Below are positions 11,161-23,723 of a stretch of 64,000 nucleotides of DNA, piece by piece (the first letter of the stretch is position 1; each line of letters starts with the position of its first letter). The DNA comes from Malacoraja senta (lineage: Eukaryota), in the NCBI GenBank assembly GCA_038087875.1, contig CM075992.1:1428001-1492000 (forward strand), given 5' to 3'. The position numbers and the translations under genes were made by a program. Under the pieces are notes generated by a model, which was given only the letters and a program-made list of their open reading frames with translations, was not told the origin of the DNA and made no database searches.

Positions 11161-11687
11161 TCAAGTTGAGCCGAATGGCCTGTCTGCGATAGACCCATTT
11201 CATTATTCACTGCAGTCTCTTATAATATATGAGTTTTGTGTCAAGCAACCCTAAGAGGCATCAGGAGTTTGTAATTAATTGTATTTGCATATGTAAATTG
11301 AGTTAGATTAGCACATTTGTGCTCCCCTTATCAAGAATGGTGACGCGACAGACCTCTTCAGGCTTGTTAAAGATAAATTTTGAGGCGTAAGCGAAAACTA
11401 TTTTACAGCGCCTGCAATCTGAGTGAGAGCGGGTCTCGTTAATGGAACTAATTTAATGAAGAATCATCGCCGGTCTCTTGTGCCCCAGCATTGTTCCAAA
11501 GCGGAGCAGTCACGGTGAAACATGTTCAGGTGTACGACACGGACTTGGGGGGCAAGTCCTGGCCCCGGGCGTGTCTGGTGTGTGCGGTGAGATTAGGGTT
11601 AGAATGTTACGACGCAAGGGTTAGCTGCAGGACAAAGCCGTGCAGCCCTTCGCCCATCTACCATTCATCAAAATGTCATTAAAGGGT

Positions 11688-11875
11688 CTGAATAAGGGGT
11701 TGGTTCCGAAACGTCACCTATTCCGTTTGCTCCAGAGATGCTGCCTGACCCGCTGAGTTACTCCAGCACTCTGTGAAACGTCACCTATCCATGTTCTCCA
11801 CAGATGCTGCCTGACCCGCTGAGTTACTCCAGCACTTTTTGTATTTTGCTAAAGATTTCACCATCTGCAGGACCT
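11688..11875 (+). mobile_element. PLE 3' end with a tandem 66-bp unit
   Basis: Degenerate hammerhead-like head, then TGAAACGTCACCTATCCATGTTCTCCACAGATGCTGCCTGACCCGCTGAGTTACTCCAGCACT. Confidence 0.75.
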
Positions 11876-12202
11876 GCAACCCCTCTGGACTGTTCTATGT
11901 TCTATGTTAACCCCTCCACCCCAGAAACCAGTGGTGGGGAATCTTCACAGCACCCTCTCCAGGGCATGTATATCCTATTTTAACGAGACGCAAGGAACAG
12001 CAGATGCTGGAATCTTGTGCAGAACACTAAGTACTGGAGTAACTCAGCAGATCAGACATCATCTCTGGAGGACACGGTTTCGGGTCGGGACCCTTCTTCA
12101 GGCTGATTGAAGTAGGGGGAAGAAAGTTGGAAAAGAGAGGTTGGGGGGAGGGATGTCAAAGCCTGCCGAGTGATAGGTGGATACAGGTGAGTGCGGCAAT
12201 AT

Positions 12203-12550
12203 CTGGAGATGGGTGTTGACCCGAAACGTGGCCTATTCCTTCTCTCCAGAGATGCTGCCTGACCCGCTGAGTTACTCCAGCACTCTGTGAAACGTCACCT
12301 ATCCATGTTCTCCACAGATGCTGCCTGACCCGCTGAGTTACTCCAGCACTCTGTGAAACGTCACCTATCCATGTTCCGGCAGCATCTATGGAGCGAAGGA
12401 AATAGGCAACGTTTCGGCCCGAAACCCTTCCGGGTTTCAGCCCGAAACGTTGCCTATTTCCTTCAGGGTTTCGGCCCGAAAGGTTGCCCATTTCCTTCGC
12501 TCCACAGATGCTGCCTGACCCGCTGAGTTACTCCAGCTTTTTGTGTCTAT
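12203..12550 (+). mobile_element. PLE relic containing the 66-bp tandem plus fold-back cassette
   Basis: 66-mers with embedded CCGGCAGCATCTATGG...CCCTTCCGGGTTTC...GAAAGGTTGCCCATTTCC, near-identical to the copies at 21.1, 37.1 and 42.3 kb. Confidence 0.8.
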
Positions 12551-13344
12551 CTAGAGGCAGAGGGTGTTAGATTGACGGATGTGTGGACGAAGGCCATGGA
12601 GACTAGTTTATGTCGAAAAAATTGGTGATGGCTTCATTGTCCTGATGTCCTGAAAGGTGGTGAATTAACGTGAATTCATTAACCCATCACCTAGTTACTT
12701 ATCTCAGCCTCCACGGTGCAGGTTTGGAGCTGGGGGATTTTTTTTTACGCTGAGTTAGTATGAGAGTGAAGGCATGTAATTAAAAATAGATTCTGAATCC
12801 ACCAGGCCTGGTGCAGACCCCACCTGCCAATATGAGGTCAGGGTCCCCACAGAATGTAAACTCCTTGGGGGCTGGTTGTGAAGAGAAGCCAGCACACGCT
12901 GTCTAAATGAGAAGCATCATTACTTTGTCAAGGGACAATTAACATGCCATTTTATTTCCCACTTATTTCCGATGCACGCCAATCTTGCAGCGATCGCCCA
13001 CCCTTGGTGGAGAGGAATCATCGCCTTTATATCCACCTCCTCACAACATTCAAACAACTGCCAGGAGGAAATTCTCCGCTAAATGTCTGCTCGCATTTGC
13101 TTCCATGCTGAAGCAACACCTGCTTTTCCGTTTCGTTCATTTGGTTTCCCAGCCAATTGCCCCGAGAAACCGCAAAAAACAGCGGCTCAAGGCTAATGAC
13201 TTCCCCGAGATCTGTCTCGGAGATAGACACTAAATGCTGGAGTAACTCAGCGGGACAGGCAGCATCTCTGGAGGGAAGGAATGGGTGACGTTTCGGGTCG
13301 AGACCCTTCTTCAGACAGGGAATCAGTCTTGGAATCAGCGTGGT

Positions 13345-13810
13345 GCTTTTTAAAAAATTAATTGATTTACAAAGCCAAATAATTCGAAGCAAAACCCGCC
13401 ACCACAATACAAGTCAAACCAATTTTCCTAAAACAACTATTACCCCATCTGCAATAAGGATGCATTCCCCCCCCGCCCCACACCCCCCCCACACCCCCGC
13501 CCCTCCCACGTGGTGCCCAGCGGTCCCGGAAATCCCCCAGGGCGCCATTGAGCATCGCTTGGTCCCTCTCTAAAACTGGATTTAAGAGAGAGTTAGATAG
13601 AGCTCTAGGGGCTAGTGGAGTCAAGGGATATGGGGAGAAGGCAGGCAGGCACGGGTTATTGATAGGGGACGATCAGCCATGATCACAATGAATGGCGGTG
13701 CTGGCTCGAAGGGCAGAATGGCCTCCTCCTGCACCTATTGTCTATGTTACCCGGGCGCGGACGTAACCCCGGAAAAGGGGCAGGCAGCCGGCTCGGGCAG
13801 AGCCCGATGC
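13345..13810 (-). mobile_element. Tx1-like (L1-clade) ORF2 C-terminus and 3' end, interrupted by a CR1 3' end (13578-13748, +)
   Basis: Joined translation GCLPLFRGYVRARV + VLERDQAMLNGALGDFRDRWAPRG resembles Tx1-type C-termini. Confidence 0.65.
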
Positions 13811-15329
13811 AGACACAAAAAGCTGGAGTAACTCAGCGGGGCAGGCAGCATCTCTGGAGAGAAGGAATGGGTGACGTTTCGGGGCGAGACCCTTCTTCAG
13901 ACAGGTCGGCCCAGCGCCGTGACTCGCTGACATTTTTTTTGGTATCAAAAAATAATTTATTTAATTTCAACACGATACAAAAACCCCAAAAATCTAAAGA
14001 CCATGGTGACCTACTCACCACCGTGTTACAAAATCATCAAACAACGATGTTACAAATATTCTAATGACTACTGTACAATGTACAATGGGGCAAGCTTCTG
14101 GCTTGGGCAAAGCCTTCTTCCGCCTGGTGCCGTGACTCAATAGACAATAGACAACAGGTGCAGGAGCAGGCCATTTGGCCCTTCGAGCCAGCACCAGCCA
14201 TTCAATGTGATCATGGCTGATCACTCGGGGATGGCCAGCTTGGCCGGGCACGGGAGCAAACCCAACCAGGACATCCTCAGCCCCAGAGTTGTGGTGCTTC
14301 GTCCGTCCCGAGATGCTCTTTCTGTGCCGGGGTGGGGTGGGGTGGGGTGGGGGATGGATGCCTGGTTGTGGCTGCCAGCGTTTCGAGATGCCACTGTGAC
14401 ACGACGGCCAGAGTTACCAGCCACTCTGCGCCACCCTCTCCCCGCTGACTCCTGCAGCCTCTGACATCAGTTGAAGATGTTTGCAGAGCGAAGCGTAAGG
14501 CCATAAAGACTAACATGCCCAGTGCGCTGACTGCTTATAATGAGGCTGGATGGTTCCCTTTTACAATCTGTCACGACGTATCTAAAAAAGTATATTTAGA
14601 ACTGCTTGTTAAAGCCGCAGCATCCTTAGAAATTGAGTTTCCAGTCGAAGACCCTGGGGAATTGTTCTGTTTTGTAAAGCTTCAATTTTCTCGTCGGCTT
14701 AAGGGGAGGGACTTCTGCGGGGGGAGGTGGGAGTGACGTTTGGACGCACGACATCAGTCTTGGTCTTTCCAGAGTTAGTTCATAAGTTCACAAGTGATAG
14801 GAGCAGAATTAGGGGGGTGGGGGGGAAGGAGGAGAACAAAAGGGGACCTGGCACGGGTACTGTGTATACTTTGTGCCCCTTATGTGGTGGCCATTTGCAT
14901 ACCTTCGGTGTGCAAGCAAAGAATTTCACTGTGACTTGCCACATGGGACAATGAAGTATTCATTCATTCATTCAATGACTTGGCCGTCTGTGGCAATGGA
15001 TCTTCGACACCCTTCAGTTCTTGGAGGATATGTGAACTCAGATAAGGGGCAGCACTTGCTGCCTAATCTTGCTGTGATTCTCTCCTCGGCATACGGAAAT
15101 CATTGTGATTGTAAACCTACCCGTTTAAAATCACAATGATGTCCCGTTGATTAAACTTGTTGGTACTGCACCATATATGGTAATCTTGCATTTTATTAAT
15201 ATTGAACCGCTAACCGGAGACAGCAGCTGTTTGCTGCCTCTGTTAACGGCTGACACAGTTAATAAAGCTTGCATTGATTAGCTTGCAAAGGCATACGTCA
15301 ATGATGCGCAGTTTTGTGGTCGGTGCATC

Positions 15330-15565
15330 TGCCCGTCGACCAGCGATCATCTCGTACACCAGCGCTATTTTACGCACTAGGGGACAATTTTACAACTTGC
15401 CGAAACCAATTAACAAACAAACCCGCAGGCCTTTGGAAACCGGAGCAGCTGGAGGGAACCAGCCAGGTCACGGGGAGAAGGTACAAACTCCGTACAGACG
15501 GCACCCGTGGTCAGGATCGAAGCCGGGTCTCTGGCGCTGTAAGGCAGCAACTCTACCGCTGCTCC
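15330..15565 (-). mobile_element. HE1-type SINE
   Basis: SINE core CACGGGGAGAAGGTACAAACTCCGTACAGAC and tRNA-like head. Confidence 0.8.
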
Positions 15566-15569
15566 ACTC

Positions 15570-16405
15570 AGTCCGCCCGGACCTACCTGATCTCCCGGTT
15601 GCTAAACACTTTAATTCTCCTTCCCATTCCCGCACTGACCTTTCTGTCCTGGGTCTCCCCCAGTGTCAGAGTGAGGCTAAGTGCAAATTGGAGGAACAGC
15701 ATCTCATAATTTTTATGGAGCAGCTTACACCCCAGTGGTATGAACATTGATTTATCTATTGATTTATCTAAACACCGGCATTCCCCCTCTCTCTATCCCT
15801 CCCCACCCAAGTCGCACCAGCTTCCAATTTTCACCCAACTAACAGCTAACAATGTCTGAAGAAGGGTTTCGGCCCGAAACGTTGCCTATTTCCTTCGCTC
15901 CATAGATGCTGCTGCACCCGCTGAGTTTCTCCAGCATTTTGTGTCTTTTTTCAGTTTAAACCAGCATCTGCAGTTCCTTGGTACACAAAAATGCTGGAGA
16001 AACTCAGCGTGTGCAGCAGCATCTATGGAGCGAAGGAAATAGGCAACATTTCGGGCCGAAACCCTTCCGGGTTTCGGCCCGAAACGTTACCTATTTCCTT
16101 CCTGAAGGGATTCGGGCCGAAACGTTGCCTATTTCCTTCGCTCCATAGATGCTGCTGCACCCGCTGAGTTTCTCCAGCACTTTTGTGTACCTTCAGCTCA
16201 CAACGGCCTGTTTCCTTTATCATCATTACTTTTTTGCATATCTTTCATTCATTGTTCTGAATCTCTCCACATCACCGTCTTATATCTCTCGTTTCTCTTG
16301 TCCCTAACCGGTCTGAGGAAGGGTCTCGACCCGAAACGTCACCCATCCCTTCTCTCCAGAGATGCTGCCTGTCCCGCTGAGTTACTCCAGCGTTTTGTGT
16401 CTGTC
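15570..16405 (+). mobile_element. Penelope-like element 3' portion (GIY-YIG C-terminus, 3' UTR, hammerhead-like motif) with a nested fold-back cassette at 15855-16193
   Basis: Translation PDLPVAKHFNSPSHS-TDLSVLGL...KLEEQHLI...PSGMNID; ends GGTCTGAGGAAGGGTCTCGACCCGAAACGTCACC; insert flanked by CAGCT(A/C)ACAA(T/C)G. Confidence 0.85.
16310..16343 (+). ncRNA. Minimal type I hammerhead-like motif of a PLE
   Basis: Stem I GGU/ACC, CUGAGGA core plus extra A, stem II GGGU-CUCG-ACCC, GAAA, palindromic ACGU stem III, GUC triplet. Confidence 0.65.
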
Positions 16406-17695
16406 CCGTACATCTCGTCAATACCAATGGAAACACTCTGGTGTCCCCTCCACAAACAGCTCAAATCCAACTGCCTGGATAAGGTCCAGGAAAAGCAAGG
16501 TGGGATTAGAGTCAGCAAAAAGAAGCCGGCTAATTAATCTCCCTGGGACACCACTAGAATCTGTTATCAGTGCCGAGCAAAATAGTAATTTATAGCTAAG
16601 CATACAGACTATTGGATTTACAAACTCAATCATCATTGTGGGCAGTGAGGGCTAACTGTGTGTGTGTGGCAGGGATTGTGTGTAACACTGGGTGTGTAAC
16701 AGGGACTGTGTGTGTAACACTGGGTGTGTAACAGGGACTGTGTGTGTGTGTGTGTACAGATGCTGCCCGTCCCGCTGAGTTACTCCAGCATTTTTTGTGT
16801 CTATCTTCGGTGTAAACCAGCATCTGCAGTTCCTTCCTGCACAAACCCAGAGCTTTAGTGGGAACAAAAGCCCCCCGACAAGATGAGTCAGGACTATAAT
16901 TTAAATTATATTCTGATATCTCATTAACTGTAATAATATTTAGGTATGATAATGATTGAGCAAAATCTACATTTAATATCCTAATTAGGGATTATGGATA
17001 ATCTAGTCGTTTGGCGTGTAATGTGAGTTGCTTTCATTTTCCCCAGTCAGTTAATTACTGATAGCTCTCACTGTAATTCTGCCACTTTATCTACGCTGCA
17101 GAAGGACTGGAGGAACAGCTTAAAGAGACAGTGCTCCTCAGGGCTGTGGAACACCAGCATCAAGCGTTGACACGGCGAAGTTGATGGAAACAAGTGGACT
17201 TTTGCTGTTATCCCGTCATGTCCACGGCACCTCACGATAATTCTTGAGTCTTAGTTAAGAGATACAGCGCGGAAACAGCTCTTCGGCCCCACCGGGTCCG
17301 CTCCGACCAGCGATCCCCGCACGCTAATGCTGTCCTACACACGCCAGGGACCATTTACAATTTTGCCAAACCAATCAGCCTACAAACCTGCACGTCTTTG
17401 CAGTGTGGGGGGGAAACCGGAGCACCCGGAGAAAAACCACGCGGGATGTGCGGGTTTGTTGGGTCAGTTGGCATTCTGTGAATTGTCCATAGTGTGTAGG
17501 ATAGAACCAGAATATGGGTGATTGCTGGTAGCTGAAGGGCCTGTTTCCGCGCTGTATCTCGAAACTAAACCGCTGAAGAAGGGTCTCGACCCGAAACGTC
17601 ACCCATTCCTTCTCTCCCGAGATCCTGCCTGTCCCGCTGAGTTGCTCCAGCTTTTAGTGTCTATCTTCGGTTTAAGCCAGCATCTGCAGTTCCTA

Positions 17696-18018
17696 GGTAG
17701 ACAAAAATGCTGGAGAAACTCAGCGGGTGCAGCAGCATCTATGGAGCGAAGGAAATAGGCAACGTTTCGGGCCGAAACCCTGAAGGAAATAGGCAACGTT
17801 TCGGGCCGAAACCCTGAAGGAAATAGGCAACGTTTCGGGACGAAACCCGGAAGGGTTTCGGGCCGAAACGTTGCCTATTTCCTTCGCTCCATAGATGCTG
17901 CTGCACCCGCTGAGTTTCTCCAGCAGGTACACAAAAATGCTGGAGAAACTCAGCGGGTGCGGCAGCATCTATGGAGCGAAGGAAATAGGCAACGTTTCGG
18001 GCCGAAACCCTTCTTCAG
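17696..18018 (-). mobile_element. PLE fold-back cassette inserted in the 3' end of an older PLE copy (17573-17694)
   Basis: Same junctions as 31-359; CAGTTCC on both sides. Confidence 0.8.
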
Positions 18019-18568
18019 TTCCCTCCTGCACTAAACTAAAAAAAAAAAAATCCAGGTTTTTGAGACTGCAGAGGCTAAGAATTCCATGTGGATAGTATGC
18101 ATTGTGTTACAGTGGAAGCAAATCGTGGTCATTCTCTGCTGGCAAGTGGGAGGTGGGACAATATTCCCGCTGCGATGTCAAGGTACAGATTTCCGATGGG
18201 TCTGGGAGTAGTGGAAATGGTTGCCCTCTGGGCAAAGCAGATTTTCAACAGCCTGACAGCTGTTTCTAAGCAAAGGTCACAAGTGAAACTTTAGTCTTCA
18301 GGAGATACAGCGCGGAAACAGACACTTCGGACCACCCAGTCCGCACCGACCAGCGATCAACCCGTGCGCTTGCACTGTCTCACGCACACTGGGGACAATC
18401 TCCATTTTTTTTTACCAAAGCCAATTAACCTACAAACCTGGAGTGTGGGATGAAACCAGAGCACCCGGAGGAAACCCACGCAGGTCACGGGGAGAACGTG
18501 CAAGAGTCAAGTCCAGAGTCAAGAGTGTTTTATTGTCATATGTTCCAGACGGGACAATGAAATTCTTA

Positions 18569-19682
18569 TAGCCCTGTCCTACTGTACGAGTTCATTCCAA
18601 GAGCTCTCCCGAGTTTTAAAAAATCGAGCTCGTGGTAAGCACGGAGAATGAAGGTAGCGGGTACGTCGGAGCTCAGCGACGTCTCTTAGCGCTAACGGCA
18701 GGTACTCGGGAAGACTCGCTAACGGCAGGTAAGCACGGGAAGACTCGTGAAGATTTTTCAACCTGATGAAAAATGTCCACGAGAGCCCCGAGTACTGACG
18801 AGCGGCCATTAGTTCTGTGCATAGTTCCCTGAAGGTGGAATCTCATGTAGATAGGGTGGTAAAGAAAGCTTTTGGTGTGCTGGCCTTTATAAATCAGAGC
18901 ATTGAATATAGAAGTTGGGATGTAATGTTAAAATTGTACAAGGCATTGGTGAGGCCAATTCTGGAGTATGGAGTACAATTTTGGTCGCCTAATTATAGGA
19001 AGGATGTCAACAAAATAGAGAGAGTACAGAGGAGATTTACTAGAATGTTGCCTGGGTTTCAGCAACTAAGTTACAGAGAAAGGTTGAACAAGTTAGGGCT
19101 TTATTCTTTGGAGCGCAGAAGGTTAAGAGGGGACTTGATAGAGGTCTTTAAAATTATGAGCGGGTTAGACAGAGTGGACGTGGATAAGCTTTTCCCATTG
19201 AGAGTAGGGAAGATTCAAACAAGGGGACATGACTTGAGAATTAAGGGACAGAAGTTTAGGGGGAACATTAGGGGGAACTTCTTTACTCAGAGAGTGGTAG
19301 CTGTGTGGAATGAGCTTCCAGTGGAAGTGGTGGAGGCAGGTTCGATGTTATCCTTTAAAAATAGATTGGATGGGTATATGGACGGGAAAGGAATGGAGGG
19401 TTATGGTCTGAGTGCAGGTAGATGGGACTAGGGGGAAGTATTTATTTTTAATTAAAAAAAAAAAAAGAAAAAAAAAAAAAGAAAATAAAAATTTAAAAAA
19501 ATATAATAAAATTTAAATTGTTTAAAAAAATGTTGGGCACGGACTTGAAGGGCCGAGATGGCCTGTTTCCGTGCTGTTATGGTTATATGGTTATATGGTT
19601 ATATTACCGTAAATCTCCGAGTTCAATTCAGGGCAAACTCGGGAGAGCTCTTGGAATGAACTCGCACTGTGGGACAGGGGTA
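18569..19682. mobile_element. PIF/Harbinger-like MITE (~320 bp) split by a CR1 insertion
   Basis: ~47-bp TIRs CCCTGTCC(C)AC...GAGTTCATTCCAAGAGCTCTCCCGAGTTT; flanks TTA/TAA; same family as 36058-36379. Confidence 0.85.
18812..19602 (+). mobile_element. Young CR1 3' fragment
   Basis: ORF 18817..19431; (ATGGTTAT)n tail; 4-bp duplication ATTA. Confidence 0.95.
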
Positions 19683-20349
19683 TAACTTGCTGCAGCACAA
19701 CAGAATATGTGAATATGTAAACATAGTACGTAACAAATATGGTGCAGATAACAAAAAATAATATAGTACAAACTCCGTACAGACAGCACCCGGAGTCAGG
19801 ATCGAACCCGGTTCTCTGTCGCTGTGAGGCAGCAGCTCTACCACCATGCCGACACTCACACTCACATAATGGGCTTGGATACACATCGGTCACAGCCACT
19901 GACGTCCCCACATTATCTCTCCCCAGCCCCTGCTTGAGGTCAATAGAGTTCAGCTCAGCTAAGCTGACTTGCCAATGTCTGGGTCTCATTTGAAGCCACA
20001 TTCTGGAAACTCATTAACACTACTAACACTGAGCACGGTTACTGATTGAGCAGAATCTGCATTTAATGTTATGATGAAGAAACAGGGGTAATGCTCTCGC
20101 ACTGTGTGCCATATGAGCAGCTTTTGTTCCAGTGCTCCTGTATAATTATGTGCACTTGGTACTGAAATTGTGACATTTATCTGCGGTTCGGAGATAACGG
20201 GACGGAGCCAAGTGGTGGGGATGGTGAGGAGCAAACTGCACCGCACCAGCGAGGGAGATTCACATCAGTGTGAGGCCGCATTTAGTCGGGAACGCATTGC
20301 AGCGCGGTTTGGGAACAGCGCTCCTTCCGAGACCGCGAGAGATGGCAGA

Positions 20350-20792
20350 GAATTGTGGACGCAGCCCAGACCAACCTCCCTTCAATTGACTCCATCTACA
20401 CCTCACGCTGCCTCACGCAAGGCCAGCAGCATAATCAGGGACCAGTCGCACCCCTTCTCCCCTCTCCCATCGGGCAAGAGGTACAGAAGCGTGAAAACGC
20501 ACACCTCCAGATTCAGAGACAGTTTCTTCCCAGCTGTTATCAGGCAACTGAACCATCCTACCACAACCAGAGAACGGTGCTGAACTACTATCTACCTCAT
20601 TGGTGACCCTCGGACTATCCTTGATCGGACCTTACTGGCTTTACCTTGCACTAAACGTTATTCCCTTATCATGTATCTGTACACTGTGGACGGCTGGATT
20701 GTAATCATGTATTGTCTTTCCGCTGGCTGGTTAGCAGGGAACAAAAGCTTTTCACTGTACCTCGGTACACGCGACAATAAACTAAACTGAAC
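20350..20792 (+). mobile_element. Rex1/Babar-like LINE 3' end
   Basis: FSPLPSGKRYRSVKTHTSRFRDSFFPAVIRQLN, then a 3' UTR ending ACAATAAACTAAACTG; related copies at 43300-43680 and 51720-51960. Confidence 0.8.
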
Positions 20793-20990
20793 CGACGCAG
20801 GTTAGGGAATTGCCGAATCCCAGAGGGACTGGGGTGCCTGAGCCAGGGGTTAATGGGCGCAGGTACTTCACACAAGAGGAGGTCTCAGGTTCGATTCTTT
20901 GGCTTTAAGTCACGTTGGGTAGATCCCCCAGACCCGGGCAAGAGAGAAAGAAGCATTCACTGATCGAGTCGAGTTGCCAAACGAAAAAAT

Positions 20991-21462
20991 CTGAAGAAGA
21001 GTCCCAACCTGAAACATCACCAACCCCTTTTTCTCCACAGATGCTGCCTGACCCGCTGAGTTACTCCAGCACTCTGTGAAACGTCACCTATCCATGTTCT
21101 CCACAGATGCTGCCTGACCCGCTGAGTTACTCCAGCACTCTGTGAAACGTCACCTATCCATGTTCCGGCAGCATCTATGGAGCGAAGGAAATAGGCAACG
21201 TTTCGGCCCGAAACCCTTCCGGGTTTCGGCCCGAAACGTTGCCTATTTCCTTCAGGGTTTCAGCCCGAAAGGTTGCCCATTTCCTTCGCTCCACAGATGC
21301 TGCCTGACCCCGCTGAGTTACTCCAGCACTCTGTGAAACGTCACCTATCCATGTTCTCCACAGATGCTGCCTGACCCGCTGAGTTACTCCAGCACTCTGT
21401 GAAACGTCACCTATCCATGTTCTCCACAGATGCTGCCTGACCCGCTGAGTTACTCCAGCACT
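20991..21462 (+). mobile_element. PLE relic containing the 66-bp tandem plus fold-back cassette
   Basis: Diverged head CTGAAGAAGAGTCCCAACCTGAAACATC followed by near-identical 66-mers and the fold-back insert. Confidence 0.8.
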
Positions 21463-21539
21463 GTGTGGCCATGTTTGGCAATTGAAAGCATCTTTATGGC
21501 CTCCAATTTTTAGGTTTAGAGATACAGCGCGGAAACAGA

Positions 21540-23084
21540 CATTAGATTTAGTTAACATAAGAGGTATAGGTATTATTAACTCTGGAGTTATCAATTTTTA
21601 TCAACATTGGAGGTACAGATATTAATAATGCTCGAGATGTTGATATTATTAATGTAACTAATATTGGTATCATTTGCCCAAGAGGTGGGTGTATGGAATG
21701 AGCTGCCAGAGGAGGTAGTTGAGGCAGGTACCATCACAACAATTAAAATACATTTGGACAGGTACATGGATAGGAAACCTTTGGAGGGATGTGGACCAAA
21801 CACAGGTAGGTGGGAGTAGTGTAGATGGGGTATCTTGGCTGGCATGGGCAGGTTGGGCCCGAAGGGTCTGTTTCCATGGTGTATGACTCTATCTCCATCT
21901 AAGATGTTTCTATTAGTGGAATCAATGGATATGGGGGAGAAGGCAGGCACGGGTTATTGATTGGGGACGATCAGCCATGATCACAATGAATGGCGGTGCT
22001 GGCTCGAAGGGCCGAATGGCAATAGACAATAGACAATAGACAATAGACAATAGACAATAGACAATAGACAATAGACAATAGGTGCCGGAGCAGGCCATTC
22101 GGCCCTTCGAGCCAGCACCGCCATTCAATGTGATCATGGCTGATCATCCCCAATCAGTACCCCGTTCCTGCCTTCCCCCCATATCCCCCTGACTCCGCTA
22201 TCTTTAAGAGCCCCATCTAGCTCCCTCTTGAAAGCATCCAGAGAACCGGCCTCCACCGCCCTCTGAGGCAGAGAATTCCACAGACTCACCACTCTCTGTG
22301 GAATTCCACTGCACCTATTTTCTATGTCGCTATGTATTTTTATTAGTAACACAAGAGGTTTAGTTAGTGTTAAACGCAACAGGTACAAATATTATTAATG
22401 TGGGGCATATATACATTCTTAACATAGGAGGAAATTATATTATTAGATTGAACCTATGGATATTATTAATGTGGGTGAAGGTATTATTAATGTCAGCAGT
22501 ACAGGTATTAACATAGGAAGTGGAAATATTATTAATATGGAAGGTACAGATATTATTAGAGGTACAGATATTATTAATGGCTGTAATTAACACTGCAGGT
22601 AAAGCTTTTATTAATGTAAGGTGTAAGTATTATTAAAAAAAGACAATAAGCTGGAGCAACTCAGCGAGACAGACAGCATCTGTGGAGGGATTAGACAAAT
22701 GATCTTTCGGGTAAGGACCTTTCTTCAGATAGTAATTGGAAGGGAGAAACAGGGGGTATAGATATATTAAATATAGGAACTAGAGGCATTATTACAGCAG
22801 GAGGTATGGATATCATTATATTGGAGGTAGCAATATCATTGACGCAGGAGGTAAATATATTATTAATGTTGGACGTACAGATATTATTAAGCCAGGAGCT
22901 AAAAATATTATGCAGGAGGATTGAATATTTTTAGTGTAATAGCTATAGATATTATTAACAAATGAGGTAAGGATATTATTAACAGAAGGGAGATAGCTAT
23001 GGTTAATATGGGGAGTATAGATGTTACTAACCGGGGAAGTATGTTAGTAATTATATATTATATGAGGCAGTAATTTATATATTA
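21540..23084. repeat. Old AT-rich ~23-25-bp minisatellite interrupted by CR1 and PLE fragments
   Basis: Many diverged units of GGAGGTA(C/T)AGATATTATTAATG at 21540-21680 and 22330-23084. Confidence 0.7.
21925..22327. mobile_element. CR1 3' UTR (+) with an antisense CR1 3' end ((TCTATTG)n tail) inserted at 22021-22300
   Basis: Host tail resumes CTGCACCTATTTTCTATGT at 22309; (CAATAGA)n array at 22020-22080. Confidence 0.85.
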
Positions 23085-23723
23085 CTAGACCAAGTGGGAC
23101 CCGTTGGGTCCCGGTCACACGGGAGGCCTGGTCCTCCTTCACAGCCCGTTCCCCCAACGCAATATTCGACCACTCATCCATAGCCCCCACGGGAGGCCTG
23201 GTCCCCCAACGCAACCAGTTCACCAAGGCAATATTCCACCACTCACCCGTTCCCCCCCAACGCAACCCGTTCCCCCAAAGCAATATTCCACCACTCACCC
23301 ATAGCCCGCATCTGCGCAGGGGCTGCTCATTTCCCCTTATTCACCCTCCCTCGTTTAATTTTTTTTTGTTTAATGCAATTGTACTTGCGAGGGCTGGCAG
23401 GACTCAGTGTCCTGGGATTGTAGCGGGCAGGACTACAATCCCATTGTGACGTCATAGCTGTAACTGCCAGTGCAGAGGGAAGACATTTTTCTCAAATTGG
23501 GATTTTGTAATGTTAAAAATGTGAATTACTTGTAAAATATAACATCAATCTGAACGAAACTTGATACACCACACCACAGGAAAATGGTGAGTAAGGTGGT
23601 CCAAAAATTGTAGTGCTATCGTGTACTGTTTTGGCCTAGTTCAGGCCATGAAAAGCACGAGCACAAACGAACACGCAAACTCCCTCACAGACAAGATTAG
23701 AGTTTTAGTAATAGATAGATAGA
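23085..23723 (-). mobile_element. Non-autonomous Helitron
   Basis: Minus strand reads A|TCTATC...GGGACCCAACGGGTCCC-ACTTGGT-CTAG|T: 5' TC, 3' hairpin 11 nt from the end, CTAG terminus, AT target, no TSD. Confidence 0.85.

Noticed and set aside
21100..21170. The 66-mer itself as a hammerhead ribozyme
   Set aside because: It has GAAACGTC but lacks the CUGANGA core and stem II (CTGAGTT does not fit).
20991..21462. Regular 66-bp repeats resembling a CRISPR array
   Set aside because: Units are contiguous with no unique spacers, there are no cas genes, and the context is eukaryotic retroelement DNA.
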